NCBI GenBank assembly: GCA_039796775.1
Contig: JBDKJD010000002.1
Location: 12,574-76,573, forward strand
Reading direction: 5' to 3'
DNA length: 64,000 bases
Source of the DNA: Candidatus Parcubacteria bacterium
GTDB taxonomy: Bacteria; Patescibacteriota; Minisyncoccia; Phycocordibacterales; UBA5272
Shown piece by piece: positions 41,742-51,863 of the stretch. The translations under genes and the position numbers were made by a program. The notes beneath the pieces are model-generated. The model ran no database searches. It saw only the letters and a list, made by a program, of their open reading frames with translations, and had not been told where the DNA came from. Position 1 is the first letter of the stretch. Each line of letters starts with the position of its first letter.

Positions 41742-41817
41742 AATACAGAACATAGAATATAGGGTGTAGAGCGCAGATTAGAGTGCAGAATGTAGAAGAT
41801 AGAATACAGAGTGTATA
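41741..41817 (+). repeat. Degenerate 7-bp-period array (YAGARYR)n
   Basis: acagaac atagaat atagggt gtagagc gcagatt ... gcagaat gtagaag atagaat acagagt. Confidence 0.8.
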
Positions 41818-41873
41818 CATGTGTCACGTCGATAAGATTATGCATGCTACACTTTCTATAAGAATTATTACAC

Positions 41874-42545
41874 ATGAATACAATTATTAAAGCAAAAGAG
41901 ATACGAAAAAGTTTCACCGATGGTCAGACTACCACCGAAGTCTTAAAAGGTATAGATTTAGAAGTCAAACAAGGAGAATTCGTCGCTATTATGGGGCGCT
42001 CTGGTGCTGGGAAAAGTACTCTTCTCTATCAGCTTTCTCTTCTTGATACACCAACATCTGGAACAATAGTTATTGATGATACAGTGATAGACACTCTCGC
42101 CACCTCACAAAAGACTTCATTTAGATTGCACACGCTTGGTTATGTATTTCAAGATTATTCTCTCTTACCGGAACTCACGGCACTTGAGAATATTATGGTC
42201 CCCCTTTTGATGCAGGGAGTAGGTGAAGATCTTGCCAAGAAGCGTGCAGAAGAAGCACTCATTAGTGTTAACTTGGGACACAGAAAAGACAACACCCCAT
42301 CTGAACTCTCCGGTGGTGAACAACAGCGTGTGTCTATAGCGCGCGCGATTACCCATAAGCCAAAGATTTTGTTTGCGGACGAACCAACAGCCAACCTTGA
42401 CTCTTTTTCTTCGCAGACTGTAATGGAGATTTTCCAAAAGTTAAATAAAGAGGATAAGCTCACGATTGTGATGGTGACTCATGAGCTTGAATATGGGAAG
42501 CTGGCAGATAGAATAGTGAAGTTGTCAGATGGAGTGGTAGTGTAA
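41874..42545 (+). CDS. ABC transporter ATP-binding protein (LolD/MacB-type)
   Basis: GRSGAGKST, LSGGEQQR, FADEPTANLD. Confidence 0.93.
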   Translation: MNTIIKAKEIRKSFTDGQTTTEVLKGIDLEVKQGEFVAIMGRSGAGKSTLLYQLSLLDTPTSGTIVIDDTVIDTLATSQKTSFRLHTLGYVFQDYSLLPELTALENIMVPLLMQGVGEDLAKKRAEEALISVNLGHRKDNTPSELSGGEQQRVSIARAITHKPKILFADEPTANLDSFSSQTVMEIFQKLNKEDKLTIVMVTHELEYGKLADRIVKLSDGVVV

Positions 42546-42607
42546 GGGTAGTTGTTAGCCCGTAGTTTGTAGTTTAAAAGACTGTTAAAATGTTCTTGGG
42601 CAACCCC

Positions 42608-42700
42608 TTGCAATTTTATAAAATTGTTATATAATATAGATATATACGGATGTGATTGATTGTGAGTCGGACGAGGAGTCCGGCCATTCGTTTTTTTAGG
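42608..42700 (+). promoter_or_regulatory. nusA promoter and leader attenuator-like hairpin
   Basis: TTGCAA...TATAAT, then gtcggac-gagga-gtccggc followed by a T-run. Confidence 0.5.
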
Positions 42701-42852
42701 GGTCCCGTATTCCCCTTATGGTATAAGAATATAGATTCTTTATACATGCATTATTATAGTATTATCAATAACCTTAATTCATAGTTTTAGTTATTAGTTG
42801 TTGTGAATCTTGTATTTACTACTAACTACTAACTACTAACTACTAACTATCT

Positions 42853-44244
42853 ATGTTGGACATCAAAGCCCTAAACGTTGCACTCATGCAACTTGAAGAT
42901 GAAAAGAAAATTGCTCATGAAAAAGTAGTAGACGCAGTCGAGAAGTCTCTCGCTGCTGCCTATCAAAAAGAATATGGTAAGCGTGGCCAAATCGTACGTT
43001 GCCAGATTAACTTTGAATCAGGTGAGACTAATTTTGAACAAGTAAAAATCGTTGTTGACGAAACAACAGTTCGTATGCCTCTTGAAGGAGAGGATGAGAA
43101 TACTCCAGACCCTGTTACAGAAGAAGGAGTTGAATTACTTCCTCGTTATAATGAAGAGCGACACATCTTACTCTCTACCGCTAAACTTCTTAAGAAGAAT
43201 GCAGAACTCGGAGAAGAGATCATATTCCCACTTGATAATCAAGAAGATTTCGGACGTATTGCAGCTCAAACAGCGAAGCAAGTAATTGTTCAGAAACTTC
43301 GTGAAGCAGAACGAGAATCAATAGTAGGAGAATACAAAGACAAAGAGAACACCATTGTCTCTGGTATTGTGCAACGCGTTGAACGTGGCACTGCATTCAT
43401 CGACCTAGGACGAACAACGGCGATTCTTCCTTTTGAAGAACAAATAGCCACAGAGAGACTAAGACCAGGTGAACGTATACGAGCATACCTCTTCTCTATC
43501 GAAGAAGGAATGCGCGGTCTTTCAATCAGACTTTCTCGATCACATCCAAAATTCTTGATTGAACTTTTCAAAAATGAAAGCGCAGAAATAAAAGACGGCA
43601 CTGTCGAAATCGTAGCAGTTGCTCGTGAACCAGGTACTCGTTCTAAGATTGCTGTAAAAGCAACAGATGAGAGAATCGATCCAATTGGAGCGTGTGTTGG
43701 ACAGCGCGGAGCGAGAGTTTCGGCCATTACTCAAGAGTTATCAGGTGAAAAGATTGATGTTATCGAATGGTCAGATGACTCACGTCGCTTCATCGCAACT
43801 GCACTTTCTCCAGCAAAGGTGGTGTCAATTGAACTTGATGAGACAGATAGAAAGGCGCTCGTCACCGTATCTCGAGAAGAGCAATCATTAGCTATCGGTA
43901 AAGGAGGTCAAAACGTTCGTTTAGCTGCTAAGCTCACCGGATGGAAGATCGACATTGTTTCAAATGGAGAAATGGTAGCAGAAGCAGATGAAGAAGGAGA
44001 GTTCACAGCAGAAAGTCCTATCACTGATGAAACAATAGAAGAACAAGCAGAAGCTGTGGTGCATGATATGCAAGCAGTAGAAGACGTTGTTCCAAATAAT
44101 GCAGAGATAGAAAATGTAGTAGAAGAAGTAGCACAAGAAGTGACAGTGGAAGCTGTCGAAGAAGATAAGACTGTTGCAGAAGTCACAGAAGAAGCGGTGG
44201 ACAACATCGTTGAAGACGCTGCTAAACCAGAGGAAACTAAATAA
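42853..44244 (+). CDS. nusA: Transcription factor NusA with an acidic tail
   Basis: FGRIAAQTAKQV, AREPGTRSKIAV, GACVGQRG, LAIGKGGQNVRLAAKLTGW. Confidence 0.97.
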   Translation: MLDIKALNVALMQLEDEKKIAHEKVVDAVEKSLAAAYQKEYGKRGQIVRCQINFESGETNFEQVKIVVDETTVRMPLEGEDENTPDPVTEEGVELLPRYNEERHILLSTAKLLKKNAELGEEIIFPLDNQEDFGRIAAQTAKQVIVQKLREAERESIVGEYKDKENTIVSGIVQRVERGTAFIDLGRTTAILPFEEQIATERLRPGERIRAYLFSIEEGMRGLSIRLSRSHPKFLIELFKNESAEIKDGTVEIVAVAREPGTRSKIAVKATDERIDPIGACVGQRGARVSAITQELSGEKIDVIEWSDDSRRFIATALSPAKVVSIELDETDRKALVTVSREEQSLAIGKGGQNVRLAAKLTGWKIDIVSNGEMVAEADEEGEFTAESPITDETIEEQAEAVVHDMQAVEDVVPNNAEIENVVEEVAQEVTVEAVEEDKTVAEVTEEAVDNIVEDAAKPEETK

Positions 44245-44303
44245 GTAGCAAGTAGAGAGGTATAACCACTAACTAATTACTAATAACTAATTACTATCTA
44301 ACT

Positions 44304-44834
44304 ATGAATTTACTTCACGATATTACTCCAGGAAACGATATTCCAAATGAAATTAATGTCATCGTTGAAATTAATAAAGGGTCAAAGAATAAGTATGAGC
44401 TCGATAAAGAGACAGGACTTATTAAGCTTGATCGTGTGATGCATACAGCTCAAGACTACCCTTTTGATTATGGGTATATTCCACAAACACATTGGCATGA
44501 TGGAGACCCTCTTGATGTTGTGCTTCTAACTACTCACCCACTTATGCCTGGTATTTTGGTCGAGGCTCGTCCTGTTGCTGTAATGGATATGGTTGATTCA
44601 GGAGAGAGTGATGCGAAGATAGTAGCAGTCCCAGTAGGAGATCCACGTTTCAAGAATGTGCACTCTCTTAAGGATATTAACGAGCATACACTAAAAGAAA
44701 TTGAACATTTTTGGGTAACATATAAACAAGTTCAAAAAAAGATTGTTACTATTGATTCAATTCGTGACGTGGAGGATGCTAAAAATGTTATCAAAGAAGG
44801 TGTAGAACTTTATAAAAAAGAATTTAATAAGTAA
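44304..44834 (+). CDS. ppa: Inorganic pyrophosphatase
   Basis: KNKYELDK, YPFDYGYIPQT, DGDPLDV, DAKIVAV. Confidence 0.96.
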   Translation: MNLLHDITPGNDIPNEINVIVEINKGSKNKYELDKETGLIKLDRVMHTAQDYPFDYGYIPQTHWHDGDPLDVVLLTTHPLMPGILVEARPVAVMDMVDSGESDAKIVAVPVGDPRFKNVHSLKDINEHTLKEIEHFWVTYKQVQKKIVTIDSIRDVEDAKNVIKEGVELYKKEFNK

Positions 44835-44878
44835 TTGGTCTACTAATTACGAATTACTAATAACCAATTACTATAGTT

Positions 44879-45997
44879 ATGAAATTTGAAAAGAAAGAAT
44901 TACCTAAGTCACAAGTCGAAATAAAAGTATCACTCACCGAAGAAGAATTCGAAAGCTATCATTCAAAAGCGTTTCAATCTATTCAAAAAGAAATAGAGAT
45001 TGATGGATTCCGCAAAGGGAACGCCCCAGAGAATATTATCGTTCAGAAGTATGGTGAGATGATCATCTTGGAAGAGATGGGTAATATCGCCTTACGTGAT
45101 GCGTATGTCAAAGCAATTGATGAACATAAGATTAATCCAATCGCTCAACCAGCTATCACTATTACAAAAATAGCCAAGGGTAATCCATTTGAAGCGACAA
45201 TTACTATACCAGTATTACCTGAAGTATCTCTTCCTGATTATAAGAAAATCGCACAAGGAGTAGCCGTAGAAGATGTTGATTCCCCTATTAAAGAAGAAGA
45301 GGTACATGTTGTACTCGAAGAGTTAAGAAAGGGCAGAGCAGGTTCAGGCCACCACGATCATAATCATGACAGCCATGATCATCATGATCATGAGCACAGT
45401 CACGAAGGACATGATCATCATCACGATCATAACCATAGTCATGATCACAAAGAAGAAGGAGATAAAGCCGTTACTCTCCCAGAACTCGATGACGTCTTCG
45501 CTCAATCATTCGGAGAAAGTTTCAAGACAATAGATGATTTGAAGAATAAAATCAGAGAGAATCTCTCACTTGAAAAGAAACAAAAAGCAGGAGAGAAGCG
45601 AAGAGTTTCTATTATGGAGTCTTTGATCAAAGAATCAAAGGCTGATCTACCAGACGCAATGATAGAAGGAGAGTTGCAATCCATGATGGCTCAGTTTAAG
45701 GGGGATATCACCCGTTTTGGAGGAACATGGGAAGATTATCTTACTCATGCCAAGAAAACAGAAGATGAAATCAAGTCTTCATGGCGTGATGATGCAGCGA
45801 AGCGTGCTCTGAGCCAAGTTATTTTGCATAAGATTGCAGAAATAGAGAAGCTGCAAGCAACAGAAGCAGAAGTTGAAGTAGAACTCGTCCGCCTCTTGTC
45901 TCAAGTGCAGGATGCAGATGAAGAAAGAGCAAAAGCGTATCTCTATCAAGCGCTCTCAAATGATAAAGTAATGAGATTCCTAGAAGAGGTTAAATAA
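44879..45997 (+). CDS. tig: Trigger factor with a His-rich segment in place of the PPIase domain
   Basis: IDGFRKGNAP ribosome-binding motif; LPELDDVFA; His/Asp tract. Confidence 0.9.
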   Translation: MKFEKKELPKSQVEIKVSLTEEEFESYHSKAFQSIQKEIEIDGFRKGNAPENIIVQKYGEMIILEEMGNIALRDAYVKAIDEHKINPIAQPAITITKIAKGNPFEATITIPVLPEVSLPDYKKIAQGVAVEDVDSPIKEEEVHVVLEELRKGRAGSGHHDHNHDSHDHHDHEHSHEGHDHHHDHNHSHDHKEEGDKAVTLPELDDVFAQSFGESFKTIDDLKNKIRENLSLEKKQKAGEKRRVSIMESLIKESKADLPDAMIEGELQSMMAQFKGDITRFGGTWEDYLTHAKKTEDEIKSSWRDDAAKRALSQVILHKIAEIEKLQATEAEVEVELVRLLSQVQDADEERAKAYLYQALSNDKVMRFLEEVK

Positions 45998-46001
45998 GTA
46001 C

Positions 46002-46068
46002 GACAGCGGAAAGGGAATACAAAAAGCAGACCAAGATGGTCTGCTTTTTGTATTCCCTTTCCGCTGTC
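46002..46068. terminator. Perfect 32-bp-arm palindrome (bidirectional terminator-like)
   Basis: gacagcggaaagggaatacaaaaagcagacca-aga-tggtctgctttttgtattccctttccgctgtc. Confidence 0.85.
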
Positions 46069-46105
46069 TGAGACGACTCGCGTTTGAGAATTTTAGAAAA
46101 GATAA

Positions 46106-46489
46106 TTACCCTTTCTTTCCATGAACTGCACAATTACCACATGAACATGCAACAGCTGCCATAATACCACCAACAACAGCTAGATTCTTGAGCGCCATGA
46201 TGACATTCATTTGATTTGAGAAGTCACGATGAGCGATGAGAGTCGCAAGTACAGTGAATGTGATAAGAGCATATCCAGTTTCTTTTACTTTATATCCATA
46301 TGCGAATGCGAGCGCTACTGGAATTTCAATGATAACAACTATTAACGCTGCAAGCATTGGAACAGGGAGGTTCATTTGTCCAAGACTATTAGCAAAAACG
46401 TCAAAATCCATCGCCTTGCCGATACCAGCGAATACGAATAATAATGCAATAAAGGAACGAGCGATGAGAGCGTAATTTATATTTTTCAT
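46106..46489 (-). CDS. DoxX family membrane protein
   Basis: ARSFIALLFVFAGIGK, KNLAVVGG. Confidence 0.85.
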   Translation of the reverse strand: MKNINYALIARSFIALLFVFAGIGKAMDFDVFANSLGQMNLPVPMLAALIVVIIEIPVALAFAYGYKVKETGYALITFTVLATLIAHRDFSNQMNVIMALKNLAVVGGIMAAVACSCGNCAVHGKKG

Positions 46490-46555
46490 AGTATAGTTAA
46501 AGTTTTTAGAGATGCCTTAAAGAGGCTTATCATTAAGTGTATCATGCACCTTCTC

Positions 46556-47236
46556 CTACAAAAGTATTTTAGCTATTAGAGCGACTGCGGCAGTGTCAGC
46601 TCTTAGTACAGAAGCTGTTATTTTAAAGGGCGATACGCTATTTTCTGTGGCTGATTGTAGTTCTTCCTCAGTCCATCCACCCTCTGGTCCAACCCAAATA
46701 CCATCACACACATCAGGGAAAATAGATGCTTCTGTTGTGATGTCCCCAATAATCTGAGAAGAAGACATGAAAGAGATCGCTTCTTTGAAGGTCGTCACAT
46801 CATGAAGTACAGGAATATCTCCCCTCCCTGACTGTTCGGCACTTTCTATAAGTATTTTCTCTAGACGCTCTTTATTAAAAGACTTTTTCTCCGATCGTGT
46901 AGAAAGTATGGGTACTATATGTGTAATAAGTAATTCAGTCGCCTGTCGTAGTGTCGTTTCAAACGCTTCTCTTTTGGTGAGTGCTATAAAAAGAAAGGTA
47001 TTTCTAGGAGGTTTGACATTTGGTCGCTTTTCTATGAGACGGAGCACAGCTCTTTTTTTATCCAAAGCTACGAATTCATACACATAATCATTAAACGTTG
47101 TCTCCAAAGAGAAAAGGAGCACCAGATCATGCTCTTCGTATCGAAATACAGAGAACCACTGATGCACCATTTCTTTATTGTCTATGATTAGCTCTTCACC
47201 AAGGGGCTGTTGTACATAGAAGCGATGTAGTCGCAT
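46556..47236 (-). CDS. rsmE: 16S rRNA m3U1498 methyltransferase
   Basis: ESAEQSGR, VGPEGGW, VLRADTAAV. Confidence 0.92.
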   Translation of the reverse strand: MRLHRFYVQQPLGEELIIDNKEMVHQWFSVFRYEEHDLVLLFSLETTFNDYVYEFVALDKKRAVLRLIEKRPNVKPPRNTFLFIALTKREAFETTLRQATELLITHIVPILSTRSEKKSFNKERLEKILIESAEQSGRGDIPVLHDVTTFKEAISFMSSSQIIGDITTEASIFPDVCDGIWVGPEGGWTEEELQSATENSVSPFKITASVLRADTAAVALIAKILL

Positions 47237-47393
47237 ATCTGTAGACTACAGAGAACAATAAGACATTGCAACAAAAAACAAAAGACAATTTTTTGATAAG
47301 AGTTCGGAAGTAATAACAGCAGACCGACAATCATAAAGGACTTATCCACAGCTCATCACTTGCGCGTAAGAGACATATGAATTATCATTAAGG

Positions 47394-47697
47394 ACAGAGT
47401 AAAAGAAATATGCATAGACGCTCTCCTGTGCGTAACAGGTAATCAAATGTCGTAATTCTTTTATTGTGAATATTGTTCTATATCGCGGAAACTTTTTAAA
47501 ACAACTATCCGCACAAAATAAAATAACCAGAGGAATAAACTCTTACTCTATAGTGTGAAATTGTGGACATGATAGACAGTAGTCATGATTTGCGCTGAGA
47601 TAGCGTATGTGAAAGACGTTGTCATTATCAAAACCCTACAAAACCCCTTGCATCCTGTGTTCAATCCTATTTGAACCTAGAATGCAAGGGGTTTTCT
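47394..47697 (+). ncRNA. Candidate structured ncRNA or leader-peptide transcript 1
   Basis: DnaA box 47342-50, TTGCGC-17-TATCAT, start ACAGAGTA, terminal hairpin 47640-47695. Confidence 0.45.
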
Positions 47698-47862
47698 TAT
47701 GTGTTAATTATGGAAGCGTACACAACAAAAGATACGCTACAAAGTGTGGTGTAAGAGTTCTTTAGCCGCAGGTGTCTCTTAAAAGTCAAAAGTGTTTCAT
47801 TGATTGTCCGTTATCCACAACTAGCATATTGTCTCTTATGTATATCCGAGGTATTCTTAATT

Positions 47863-48120
47863 ACAGAGTAGTTATGTGTACTCGTTTACGCTCACCCATG
47901 CGATTATTGGGACTATACTAACGTTGTAGTACGACTACAAAAGCTCTTTGTGTCTTGGTGCTCGTGATCTAATAACAATACACTTGATCACATTTTGCTC
48001 TTTATTTATTTTAATGTAGGTTTCCTAGACTACTATGTAAAATAACAACAACAAAAGCCTCTAGCGTGTGTGCGTGAAGGAGAATACTCCAATCACGACT
48101 ACACTCTAGAGGCTTTTTCT
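47863..48120 (+). ncRNA. Candidate structured ncRNA or leader-peptide transcript 2
   Basis: DnaA box 47811-19, TTGTCT-17-TATTCT, start ACAGAGTA, terminal hairpin 48053-48117. Confidence 0.45.
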
Positions 48121-48135
48121 TTCTTAAAGTTAAGG

Positions 48136-48999
48136 TTACTGAGATTTCTTTGCTCCGAAGAGTAGCCAGCATGTGACAGCAATGGAACCGAGTAGGCCAA
48201 CAGTGAAGACAATTGATCCAACTGACCCCAAGGTGTAGTTTTTAAGCGTCACATAAGAGATCGCAAAAATCGCTGCTCCAACCGATAAGGATAGAGCTCC
48301 ACGTAATGTCTGAGCCCACTCACGAGCCTTTTTGGATGAGAAGACCAATAGACCGATTCCTGTTGCGAACAAAAGGAATCGCAGCTCAACCGACCACCAT
48401 GGGTGATATATTTCCCCTGCGAACGCAATGATGAGGGTTAAGCCTCCACCGATCCACATCCAGTGTTTTTTGATAAACATAAGACTGCGATCGTGGTTAC
48501 AGACGAATGCGACGATCGCAATGAATGCGAACATTCCAATCACATGAGCGATCAGGATGCCAGGGCTTATGTAGTAAGCGATAATCGCAGCTACCAAAAG
48601 CATAAGACTCGCAACTCCAACCATGACAGGCACGGTCTGGAGCATGAACCAGTCAAACGCTTGAATGGAGTGCGCCTTGATAAAGGTAACTGCCCGCTCA
48701 AGCGCATTCTTGGTCCAACCCATCGCGTCACGCACAGCCCGACTTCTCAGGAAGCGCATGATGGCTGCTCGTTGGTTGTAGATGAGCCATAAGACTCCTA
48801 TCACTAGAAGCAGCCAGCCAACACCTTTGGTTTGTAAACCAAATAAGCCAAGGATTAGCCACCCAAATGTGGCACCGAGTACCACATCGAGAATCGCAGC
48901 CCCAAGTGGGAAGCTATGCTTGAGGTCAAGATACGCCCTCAAGACATAGTTGATACTGTTAAGTATCAACAAGAAAAGACGAGAGAAAAAGATACGCAT
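48136..48999 (-). CDS. Polytopic membrane hypothetical protein (accessory)
   Basis: About 8 hydrophobic helices; SD AAGGAGG; higher GC. Confidence 0.7.
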   Translation of the reverse strand: MRIFFSRLFLLILNSINYVLRAYLDLKHSFPLGAAILDVVLGATFGWLILGLFGLQTKGVGWLLLVIGVLWLIYNQRAAIMRFLRSRAVRDAMGWTKNALERAVTFIKAHSIQAFDWFMLQTVPVMVGVASLMLLVAAIIAYYISPGILIAHVIGMFAFIAIVAFVCNHDRSLMFIKKHWMWIGGGLTLIIAFAGEIYHPWWSVELRFLLFATGIGLLVFSSKKAREWAQTLRGALSLSVGAAIFAISYVTLKNYTLGSVGSIVFTVGLLGSIAVTCWLLFGAKKSQ

Positions 49000-49166
49000 A
49001 GTACCCTCCTTAAAAAAGAAATGTAAAAGATCAATTATTTTTTCTAAAAACGCTCTTAAATAGAGAGCGGTTTTAGCAAAAACAACTATACTATATTATA
49101 CATATTTTATAACAAAAGTCAATATTTACTAATACTTAAAAATATTGTATTTATTCTTATTTTCCT

Positions 49167-49367
49167 TTATAAATTAGGTAGTATAAGGATATTTGAACCA
49201 CCTTCACACATGATTTTTGATAATCCAAGTGCGCTTTCTACTAAGAAATAGCATGTATCTGGTCCGGTGACGAGCATTGTACCCTGCTCTATCCATTTCA
49301 TAACGAATAACCCCCCTTCTTCTACAACGGTTATTGCATCTTTGGTGATAGTGATTTCTGGTAACAT
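49167..49367 (-). CDS. Small hypothetical protein
   Basis: 66 aa; GGGAG upstream of the ATG. Confidence 0.4.
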   Translation of the reverse strand: MLPEITITKDAITVVEEGGLFVMKWIEQGTMLVTGPDTCYFLVESALGLSKIMCEGGSNILILPNL

Positions 49368-49606
49368 GACACTCCCTATACTACTCTTTCTTTTATGGTT
49401 GTGCTAGCACATAAAAATATGATAGTGTCAAACTATATCTACTTATGAGTATGTATGATATAGTGCAATTATTACAGCGACACAGAATCACGGTCAAGAC
49501 AAAGAAGCGAAAGAGTAGATATATTGTTAATGATTTTAAAACGTTTTTTGAACAAAGGTTAGAGATTTTAACTCATCACTAACTATTAATAACTAATCAC
49601 TATTGT

Positions 49607-50191
49607 ATGCTTATTCCAACAGTTATAGAAAAAAGCCAATCCGGCGAACGTGCCTATGATATTTACTCACGCCTCCTTAAAGAAAGAATTATATTTTTAG
49701 GCGATAGGGTTGACGAGCATACAGCATCTCTTGTTGTTGCGCAAATGCTTTTCTTGGAAGCTGAAGATCCCAAAAAAGATATTATGCTTTATATCAATTC
49801 CCCTGGCGGAAGTGTATATGATGGTCTCGCTATTTATGACACCATGAGACATCTCAAATGTGATGTCGCTACAGTAGGTATAGGTATGCAGGCGTCTATG
49901 GGAGCGTTCCTTCTCTCAAGTGGTACAAAAGGCAAGCGAAGTATTCTCCCTCACTCAACTGTCATGATTCATCAACCTTCAAGCGGGGCCCAGGGTAAAA
50001 TAACAGATATAGAGATAGATCTTAAAGAAGGTGTTCGTCTTAAGAAAATGCTTAACGAAATTCTTGCTAAGAACACGGGGCAAAAAGTAGAGACCATCGA
50101 AAAAGATAGTGATCGCGATTATTGGATGTCTGCAGAAGAAGCTAAAAAATACGGGATTGTAGACAATATTCTAAAACCGAAGGCTAAATAA
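49607..50191 (+). CDS. clpP: ATP-dependent Clp protease proteolytic subunit
   Basis: [37 protein letters not shown]. Confidence 0.97.
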   Translation: MLIPTVIEKSQSGERAYDIYSRLLKERIIFLGDRVDEHTASLVVAQMLFLEAEDPKKDIMLYINSPGGSVYDGLAIYDTMRHLKCDVATVGIGMQASMGAFLLSSGTKGKRSILPHSTVMIHQPSSGAQGKITDIEIDLKEGVRLKKMLNEILAKNTGQKVETIEKDSDRDYWMSAEEAKKYGIVDNILKPKAK

Positions 50192-50192
50192 C

Positions 50193-51710
50193 ATGTCTAC
50201 AACAGTACTTCTTATTGAAGGCGCTGTCATATTTATTATAGGAGGCGCCATTGGATATGTGATACGTCACTATGTGGCGTTGTCTCGCCGTTCCACACTT
50301 GAATCAGAAATTGAAGAGAAATTATTACATGCGAAGCGTGAAGCTCGTGCCATAGAAGATGAGGCGCTCAACCGAGCGAGCGTACAGAGAGATGAACTCA
50401 AAAAAAATGAAGACAGAATTCTCAAGCAAGAAGAACGATTAGACAAAAGAGAAAAGGAATTATCCGAAAAGGATGATTTCTTACAAAAAGAGAAGCAAGA
50501 GTTAAAAGCCGGTATAAAAGCATTTGAAAAAGTAAGAGAAGTTGTTCAAGAAAAAGAAAAGACTCTTGATATTCGCTTAGAAGAAGTTGCGGGGTTATCT
50601 AAAGACATTGCTCGTCAAATGGTGTTAGATAAAGTAATACAAGAAGGAGAACAAGATATCGCTTCGAGACTTCTTAAGCTTGCTCGTGACGGAGAGTCAA
50701 AACTCGAAGAGAAGGCGAGAGACATTTTGGTCAACGCAATCTATAGGATAGGTAATACTCAAGTAGCTCAGTTCACCACTTCAACAATCGAAATAGAAAG
50801 CGAAGAAGTTAAGGGTAAGATAATTGGTAAAGAAGGGCGTAACATAAAAACTTTTGAGCGATATGCTGGTGTTGAAGTACTGGTAGATGAGATACCAAAT
50901 GCAATTGTGGTTTCTTGTTTTGATCCAGTGAGAAGAGCGATAGCAAAGAATGCACTCCAGATGCTTATCAAGGATGGTCGTATTCAACCAGCAAAAATAG
51001 AAGAGTATATAGAAAAAGCAAAGAAAGATATTGGAGTCTTCATGAAAAAGAAAGGAGAAGAAGCTGTGCTTGCATGCGGGCTCCTTTCTGTTCCAGAAGA
51101 GCTTATCCCAATCATAGGACGTCTTTATTTTAGAACAAGTTATGGTCAAAATGTTCTCGATCATTCGGTTGAGATGGCTCATATTGCTGGAGTGCTTGCT
51201 TATGAACTCGGAGTCGATCCATATGTAGCTAAAGCAGGAGCACTTCTTCATGATATTGGGAAAGCTGTTGATCATGAGATACAGGGTACTCATGTTGAAA
51301 TAGGTCGCAAGATTCTTATGAAGTATGGAGTCGATGAGCGAGTGATACTCGCGATGCAGGCTCATCATGAAGAGTATCCGTATGAAACAATAGAAAGTAT
51401 TATAGTCCAAGTCGCAGATGCGATATCAGGGGGACGTCCTGGGGCGCGCAGAGATACAGTGGACAGATATATTAAACGTCTAGAAGATTTAGAAGCGATA
51501 GCGCTCGCCTTTTCTGGCATTGAGAAGGTGTATGCGCTTCAGGCAGGGCGTGAAATCAGAGTATTCGTGTCCCCTACGCTTGTATCTGATTTAGAAGCGA
51601 GAGATTTGGCACGTAATATCGCATTACGTGTAGAGGAAGAACTTCGTTTTCCAGGAGAGATCAAAATACATGTGATTAGAGAATCAAGAGTAATAGAATT
51701 CGCGAGATAG
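50193..51710 (+). CDS. rny: Ribonuclease Y
   Basis: N-terminal TM, coiled coil, KH (KGKIIGKEGRNI), HD (LLHDIGKA), ADAISGGRPGARR. Confidence 0.96.
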   Translation: MSTTVLLIEGAVIFIIGGAIGYVIRHYVALSRRSTLESEIEEKLLHAKREARAIEDEALNRASVQRDELKKNEDRILKQEERLDKREKELSEKDDFLQKEKQELKAGIKAFEKVREVVQEKEKTLDIRLEEVAGLSKDIARQMVLDKVIQEGEQDIASRLLKLARDGESKLEEKARDILVNAIYRIGNTQVAQFTTSTIEIESEEVKGKIIGKEGRNIKTFERYAGVEVLVDEIPNAIVVSCFDPVRRAIAKNALQMLIKDGRIQPAKIEEYIEKAKKDIGVFMKKKGEEAVLACGLLSVPEELIPIIGRLYFRTSYGQNVLDHSVEMAHIAGVLAYELGVDPYVAKAGALLHDIGKAVDHEIQGTHVEIGRKILMKYGVDERVILAMQAHHEEYPYETIESIIVQVADAISGGRPGARRDTVDRYIKRLEDLEAIALAFSGIEKVYALQAGREIRVFVSPTLVSDLEARDLARNIALRVEEELRFPGEIKIHVIRESRVIEFAR

Positions 51711-51863
51711 TGATAAACAGCACAATGAAGTGCTGTTTTTTAATACTTACCCATCAAAAGGTTTGTAATACGTAGGGTAGACTCCTTAAGTTGAATACGG
51801 TGTATCAAAGCGCGCATGAAGGTTACACCTTCATGCGCGGTTCTAGGTATACTTACATGTACT

